Source: an uncultured virus (IMG/VR IMGVR_UViG_3300017991_000098) (taxonomy: Duplodnaviria > Heunggongvirae > Uroviricota > Caudoviricetes). From it: DNA of 64,000 bases. A program made the translations under genes and the position numbers. A model generated the notes under the pieces. That model saw only the letters and a program-made list of their open reading frames with translations, did not search any database and was not told the origin of the DNA. The stretch lies in IMG/VR virus record IMGVR_UViG_3300017991_000098. One strand, 5' to 3'. The first letter of the stretch is position 1. Every line of letters starts with the position of its first letter. Of this stretch, positions 59,601 through 64,000 are shown in pieces.

Positions 59601-61626
59601 TGGATTGGCTGCAACTTGACGAACTCTGGGAGCAGCTAGAAGAACTAGAACTGGATGAACTAGATTGTGAACAAGACGAGCTAGAGCTGCTTAAACTACT
59701 GCAAGAGGAGCTAGATGAACTTGATTGGCTCGAACTACTCCTTGAACAGCTACTACTTGAAGAGCTTTGTGAGCAGCTTGAGGAGCTAAGCGAACTACAA
59801 GAACTGCTTGATGAACTTGATTGGCTAGAAGAAGACGAGCTCTGTGAACAGCTTGAGGAACTAGAACTACTTGATGAACTTCTGGAGCAACTGCTTGATG
59901 ACAAGCTTGAACAGGACGAGCTACTGGAACTTGATTGACTTGAAGAAGACGAACTCTTGCTGCAAGACGAAGAGCTTGAACTGCTTGACGAACTCCTGGA
60001 ACAAGAAGAACTACTAAGACTACTACAAGACGAACTTGATGAGCTAGAGCGGCTGCTGCTTGAACTAGATCTGCTACAACTACTTGAGCTGCTAGATCGG
60101 CTGCAAGACGATGAACTCAAACTACTACATGAACTACTAGACGAACTTGATTGGCTCGAAGAAGACGAGCTCTTACTGCAACTCGAAGAGCTTGAACTGC
60201 TAGAACTAGACCTAGAACAACTGCTTGAAGACAGGCTTGAACAAGATGAACTTGATGAGCTACTCTGACTGCAGGACGAAGAACTCCGCGAGCAACTACT
60301 ACTAGAACTGCTATGCGAGCAGCTAGAGGAACTGAGTGAACTGCAGGATGAGCTACTAGAACTTGATTGGCTGCAAGATGAACTGCTCTGGGAACAACTA
60401 GAAGAACTTGATGATGAACTCTGTGAACAACTGCTAGAAGATAAGCTACTGCATGATGAGCTTGATGAGCTCGAACGACTAGAAGACGAAGAACTCTGTG
60501 AACAGCTAGACGAACTTGAACTACTTGAACAACTTCTTGAACAAGATGAGCTTGAGCTACTGAGTGAACTACAGGAACTGCTGCTTGAGCTAGAGCGGCT
60601 GCTGCTTGAACTAGATCTGCTGCAACTACTTGAGCTGCTGGATCGGCTACACGAAGAACTACTAAGGCTACTACAAGATGAACTTGAACTACTTGATTTG
60701 CTTGATGAAGAAGAACTTTGTGAACAGCTTGAAGAGCTTGAGCTGCTGGATGAACTCCTAGAACAAGAAGAACTACTCAGACTACTGCAGGATGAACTTG
60801 ATGAACTCGAACGGCTACAAGACGAACTAGAATTACTGGAACTAGAAGAGCTGCTTGACAGGCTACAAGACGAGCTGCTCAGGCTGCTACAAGAAGAACT
60901 GCTTGAACTTGATTTGCTTGAAGACGAGGAACTACGTGAGCTACTGGAACTGGATATTGAGCAGCTAGAACTACTTAGGCTGCTGCAAGACGAAGAGGAA
61001 CTGCTTGAACGACTACTGCTACTAGAACTCTGACTACAGCTACTTGAGCTGCTAGAGCTTGATGAACTTCTGGAACAGCTACTTGATGACAAACTGGAAC
61101 AAGACGAACTTGATGAGCTACTCTGACTGCAGGACGAAGAGCTTTTAGAACAACTAGATGAACTGCTGGAACTACTATTAGAACTACTAGAGCAGCTAAG
61201 AGAACTACATGATGACGAACTACTAGAACTTCTTGAACTCGATGATGAACTTGTTGACAATGAACTACTACTGGCGCTGGACGAAGATGATCCAGATGTT
61301 GTCAGGTAATATTCCCTGATTATCCCACGTTCCTCAAAAAATCTTATTGTGCCGCCGCCAACATTGCCAACACATTGTGGTGTGTCCCAATTATCTTGAG
61401 TAAAGTCTATGGTGTAGGTGGAAAGAGACATTCCAGAACTTGGCTCAAGTTGTACAACCAAATCAACATATGGCTGTCCAGAAAGATGGAAGCAGAAGCC
61501 GGAACCAGTCTGGCCGGTGACCACAATATCAAGAATGGGATGTTGTATGATCTTTTGGTGCCGACGGAATGGCTCGTACCATGTGGATCCAGGAGTTACA
61601 GGTATTCTGATGTAAAAGTCAGACAT
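56602..61626 (-). CDS. Giant Ser/Cys-rich repeat protein (~1670 aa)
   Basis: Uninterrupted ORF; ~110-aa globular N-terminus then ~1500 aa of periodic SSSSSSCSSLSSSSCSR units; start MSDFY follows the upstream stop. Confidence 0.75.
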   Translation of the reverse strand: MSDFYIRIPVTPGSTWYEPFRRHQKIIQHPILDIVVTGQTGSGFCFHLSGQPYVDLVVQLEPSSGMSLSTYTIDFTQDNWDTPQCVGNVGGGTIRFFEERGIIREYYLTTSGSSSSSASSSSLSTSSSSSSRSSSSSSSCSSLSCSSSSNSSSSSSSSCSKSSSSCSQSSSSSSSCSSLSSSSCSRSSSSSSSSSSCSQSSSSSSRSSSSSSSCSSLSSSSCSISSSSSSRSSSSSSKSSSSSSSCSSLSSSSCSLSSSSSSSSNSSSSCSRSSSSSSSCSSLSSSSCSRSSSSSSSSSSCSQSSSSSSKSSSSSSSCSSLSSSSCSRSSSSSSCSRSSSSSSRSSSSSSSCSSLSSSSSSCSRSCSSSSSSSSCSQSSSSSSRSSSSSSSCSSLSSSSCSQSSSSSSSSCSQSSSSCSQSSSSSSSCSSLSSSSCSHSSSSSSCSRSSSSCSQSSSSSSSCSSLSSSSCSRSSSSSSSSSSCSKSSSSSSQSSSSSSSCSSLSSSSCSRSSSSSSCSRSSSSSSRSSSSSSSCSSLSSSSCSRSSSSSSSSSSCSKSSSSSSQSSSSSSSCSSLSSSSCSRSSSSSSSSSSCSQSSSSSSQSSSSSSSCSSLSSSSCSQSSSSSSCSRSSSSQSSSSSSSCSSLSSSSSSCSQSSSSSSSSSSCSQSSSSCSQSSSSSSSCSSLSSSSCSRSSSSSSSSSSCSQSSSSSSQSSSSSSSCSSLSSSSGSQSSSSSSKSSSSSSQSSSSSSSCSSLSSSSCSQSSSSSSSSSSCSKSSSSSSQSSSSSSSCSSISSSSCSRSSSSSSSSCSKSSSSSSQSSSSSSSCSSLSSSSCSHSSSSSSSSSSCSQSSSSSSQSSSSSSSCSSLSSSSCSRSSSSSSSSSSCSQSSSSCSRSSSSSSSCSSLSSSSGSQSSSSSSKSSSSSSQSSSSSSSCSSLSSSSCSRSSSSSSSSSSCSKSSSSSSQSSSSSSSCSSLSSSSCSMSSSSSSSSSSCSQSSSSCSRSSSSSSSCSSLSSSSCSHSSSSSSYSSSSSSQSSSSSSSCSSISSSSCSRSSSSSSSSSSCSQSSSSSSRSSSSSSSCSSLSSSSCSRSSSSSSSSCSKSSSSSSQSSSSSSSCSSLSSSSCSRSSSSSSSSSSCSQSSSSSSNSSSSSSSCSSLSSSSCSLSSSSSSRSSSSRSSSSSKSSSSSSSCSSLSSSSCSRSSSSSSSSSSCSQSSSSSSQSSSSSSSCSSLSSSSCSRSSSSSSSSSSCSQSSSSSSGSSSSSSSCSSLSSSSCSQSSSSSSSSQSSSSSSRSSSSSSSCSSLSSSSCSHSSSSSSSSSSCSQSSSSSSQSSSSSSSCSSLSSSSSSRSSSSSSSSSSCSQSSSSSSQSSSSSSSCSSLSSSSCSQSSSSSSSSSSCSQSSSSSSQSSSSSSSSHSSSSSSHSSSSCSQSSSSCSQSSSSSSSCSSLSSSSCSRSSSSSSSSNSLSSSSRSSSSSSSCSSLSSSSCSISSSSCSRSSSSSSQSSSSSSSCSSLSSSSCSRSSSSSSSSSSCSQSSSSSSQSSSSSSSCSSLSSSSCSRSSSSSSCSRSSSSSSRSSSSSSSCSSLSSSSCSNSSSSCSESSSSSNSSSSSSRSSSSSSSCSSLSSSSNSLSSSSSTCCDQITVESEQVTVEGDPLKICDCPSSSSSGSSSSSLS
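56720..61292 (-). repeat. Low-complexity poly-Ser coding repeat (~4.6 kb)
   Basis: Mixed TCN/AGY codons; recurring CSSLSSSSC unit roughly every 30-37 codons. Confidence 0.9.
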
Positions 61627-61627
61627 C

Positions 61628-62554
61628 TCAACTCCACACGTCGATCCACTCAAAGGTGCCAGCGCCAGTTGAGGTGTCTGGATCTGCCCAGGCTGAGTCT
61701 GGGTCGGTGGTTTCGGTGTCTGGGTCGACCCATCTCGGGCCACTAGTAACTATCAGATCAACCTCGTCAGATACAGAACAATCCACATGATGGGCAAATG
61801 GGTCATCTGGCTTGTTATTTGGGCAGGTGTAGTTGGTCTGACGATATTCGACAAACTGTTCTCCACCCTCGGCCGCAATAACGTACCCATTATCTTCGGC
61901 GAAGATGATTTGTCTTGTAATAGTAGTGACGCCCTTGCGGTATATCTTTAGGCCATCCCTATACCCGCTCTGTTCCTCACCTGGTACTCGTGGGTCGAAA
62001 GTCTCGGTAATGATATCGATTCGATACCCATCAGTTACCCATTCTACGCGATAGATGCGGTTATAATCATCAACATAATCAAGAGCACCAGTTGGTGTTG
62101 GCGAAATAAGATTAGAAATAAACATGTCTGGTATCTCTCCATCTAGGAGAGTGCTACAAGTGCCAACCTTTTCTGGCAGAACCATGGTCCTATCGAATTC
62201 GACGCGATCACAGTTCCAGTCATAATTGCCGTCTTCACTACGGAAAAAATCTAAAGAGCAAGAGTTGGCTTGCTCCGGTTCCGTTCCACATTCATATCTG
62301 AGGCAACCGCAGTCTAAACGGTACCCCTTCCACTGGTGATAATTTTTTGTTGTTTCATTGAGATATATGCCAGAACCTAACCTGGCAACGAGAGTGACAT
62401 CACCGCCACTATCAGCCAGATCAGTCTGTGGAACACCCATAGCCGACAGCAGATTTTCGTGCCTTGTGTATGCGGAGAACTCGTCAACATTCATAACGAA
62501 CTCACCGGTTTCGGCCGGGTATCCATCTATGTAATCTGTGTGCAGATTAGCCAT
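61628..62554 (-). CDS. Putative virion structural protein
   Basis: 308 aa in a structural operon. Confidence 0.6.
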   Translation of the reverse strand: MANLHTDYIDGYPAETGEFVMNVDEFSAYTRHENLLSAMGVPQTDLADSGGDVTLVARLGSGIYLNETTKNYHQWKGYRLDCGCLRYECGTEPEQANSCSLDFFRSEDGNYDWNCDRVEFDRTMVLPEKVGTCSTLLDGEIPDMFISNLISPTPTGALDYVDDYNRIYRVEWVTDGYRIDIITETFDPRVPGEEQSGYRDGLKIYRKGVTTITRQIIFAEDNGYVIAAEGGEQFVEYRQTNYTCPNNKPDDPFAHHVDCSVSDEVDLIVTSGPRWVDPDTETTDPDSAWADPDTSTGAGTFEWIDVWS

Positions 62555-64000
62555 CTGTTCCTATCACACCGCAATCGCTTGCGGATTCAAAAATTGGTTC
62601 TGATACGTTAACTGCTTCTTCTTCAGCATACACAGTCATGTCGAGAGTTATTCCTGGCCTCTCTTCTGCAGTGGTATAAATAGCATGTGTGATATCGTAA
62701 ATGGTTGTTGGATCCCCAAGTGAGGTCTGATCTGGAACTAGGCCATTACCTTGATACACCAAATCTGCATCATCCCATACAATATATTCCTCCCCATCTG
62801 TACCCTCTTCTATCCTAGCATTTAATGGGTTATATGGGGTGTCAATATCGCATCTGCATGGCTCAGTAAAGTCCCACGGCCTTGCTCGGTACTCGGGGTG
62901 TGTAAAATCAGTTAAGATCTTGAACATTGTTAAGAACCTATGACCTGGGAAGTGCATGGCATACTTCTCAATGTCCAAACTGGGGCGCAAAATGGCCGGC
63001 TGAGATATTGGTCCTGGGAAGAACGTGCGATTACTAAATTGCAGATTGGTGTCACCATAATTTCTCTGAAGCCTTCCAAGCCACCCCTTACCTTGATTCT
63101 TAGCGTTGGTGGTGTCAAGAGTGTAGTAAACACCCTGACCCATGCCAAGTGAACATGGCTTGCATCTTACCCTCTCATCCAGGAGCATTACTCTTTGTGG
63201 GTCTACCTCGTCCTGAACCCTGCCTTTATAGCAATAATCGACTCCAGCATCTGTGTCTCGAACACGGCCTCTGGTGTCTGGTCCATCATCTGGGTCATAA
63301 TCTGGATCAAATGCCCTTCGATCCTGGCCATAATTGTTATACCCATCATTGTCATTGTCGGGATATGCTGTAGGTACGTCAGAGATATTGCTGAGATCTT
63401 GTCTGTCTGAGTCCGTGATTCTGTGAGAATCAATAGTATCCTGCCAAACCTGAAATTCGCGCTCTAGCTCAGCCAAAATGGCTTGGCGCATTGCAATATC
63501 TTCTGGCTTGAAACCGCGAGTTACCGCAATATCATCACACTCATCACCTGGATCGGTTGGGATGATTGCTGGAGGTACCTGAAGATTGCCAGCATCATAA
63601 TTTGGATCCTGAGTAATCTCTGATCCAGCACAAAAGTCTGAAACATTATATACCGTATCAAGTGTAATTGTATAAGTGATCTTTCTGAGAATTGAATGAA
63701 ATGCCTTCATACCAAACAGAAGATTTATGAGGAAGTCATATAGATTGGAGTCTATGACTTCACCGGTTTTCATTTCAACATTTACATCAAAGCGGTTGGA
63801 CTGCCTGCGCTCAAGCTTGTCTGGCAACACAATCTGGTCGCGTTGATATGAAATAAAGAAATATGCGGAATAGTCATCAAATCCCTGATGACCATTAAAT
63901 ATCAAATTGGCTGTGTTTGTGACTCTATCAAACGACACACCGTTGGCATTGAGTGGGGCACTGCCGGTTGAATACTCTACCCTGACTGATCCATTAACAA
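62547..64000 (-). CDS. Putative baseplate/tail protein (5' end outside window)
   Basis: Frame open to the window edge; KAFHSILR motif reminiscent of baseplate-wedge KP(x)H. Confidence 0.55.
   Translation of the reverse strand, partial: VNGSVRVEYSTGSAPLNANGVSFDRVTNTANLIFNGHQGFDDYSAYFFISYQRDQIVLPDKLERRQSNRFDVNVEMKTGEVIDSNLYDFLINLLFGMKAFHSILRKITYTITLDTVYNVSDFCAGSEITQDPNYDAGNLQVPPAIIPTDPGDECDDIAVTRGFKPEDIAMRQAILAELEREFQVWQDTIDSHRITDSDRQDLSNISDVPTAYPDNDNDGYNNYGQDRRAFDPDYDPDDGPDTRGRVRDTDAGVDYCYKGRVQDEVDPQRVMLLDERVRCKPCSLGMGQGVYYTLDTTNAKNQGKGWLGRLQRNYGDTNLQFSNRTFFPGPISQPAILRPSLDIEKYAMHFPGHRFLTMFKILTDFTHPEYRARPWDFTEPCRCDIDTPYNPLNARIEEGTDGEEYIVWDDADLVYQGNGLVPDQTSLGDPTTIYDITHAIYTTAEERPGITLDMTVYAEEEAVNVSEPIFESASDCGVIGTDG

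Noticed and set aside
56852..61033. Plus-strand Leu/Glu/Asp/Gln-rich ORFs resembling coiled coils
   Set aside because: They are antisense shadows of the poly-Ser codons and are repeatedly broken by stops, whereas the minus frame is continuous.
1..64000. Stop-codon reassignment (TAG/TGA) as seen in some jumbo phages
   Set aside because: Genes are full-length and densely packed in code 11, and TAG, TGA and TAA all terminate plausible genes.

Overview
This window looks like a fragment of a large (jumbo) tailed-phage genome in the standard genetic code, mostly coded on the minus strand. The left ~30 kb holds accessory and metabolic genes: a CCA-adding enzyme, P-loop kinases, a Ycf46 AAA+/DUF1257/DUF2997 module, an NrdG-like radical SAM protein, a phosphoesterase, a papain-like protease, a DinG-like helicase, an RNA ligase and an ADP-ribosyltransferase-like protein. 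The right ~33 kb holds mostly putative virion, tail and fibre genes, including a ~1670-aa Ser/Cys protein. The standout is a compact RNA-guided locus at 5.3-8.3 kb plus 11.2-11.4 kb. It has a 426-aa Cas12f-like protein whose RuvC catalytic motifs appear lost and whose C-terminal zinc finger/RuvC-III is absent. Four CRISPR mini-arrays share a 28-bp repeat (ATGCGCTCCGCGCACGCGTGGGAAGATG). Each array is preceded by a conserved ~54-nt two-hairpin element whose loop can pair with the repeat 3' end, and a fifth diverged copy with compensatory changes sits upstream of the cas-like gene. No cas1/cas2 is visible. Also notable are a circularly permuted tRNA-like (YrlA/Y-RNA-like) element and two endonuclease/Mom-like fusion genes, each flanked by a duplication of a neighbouring gene end. 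All family assignments come from motif recognition by eye, not database searches.
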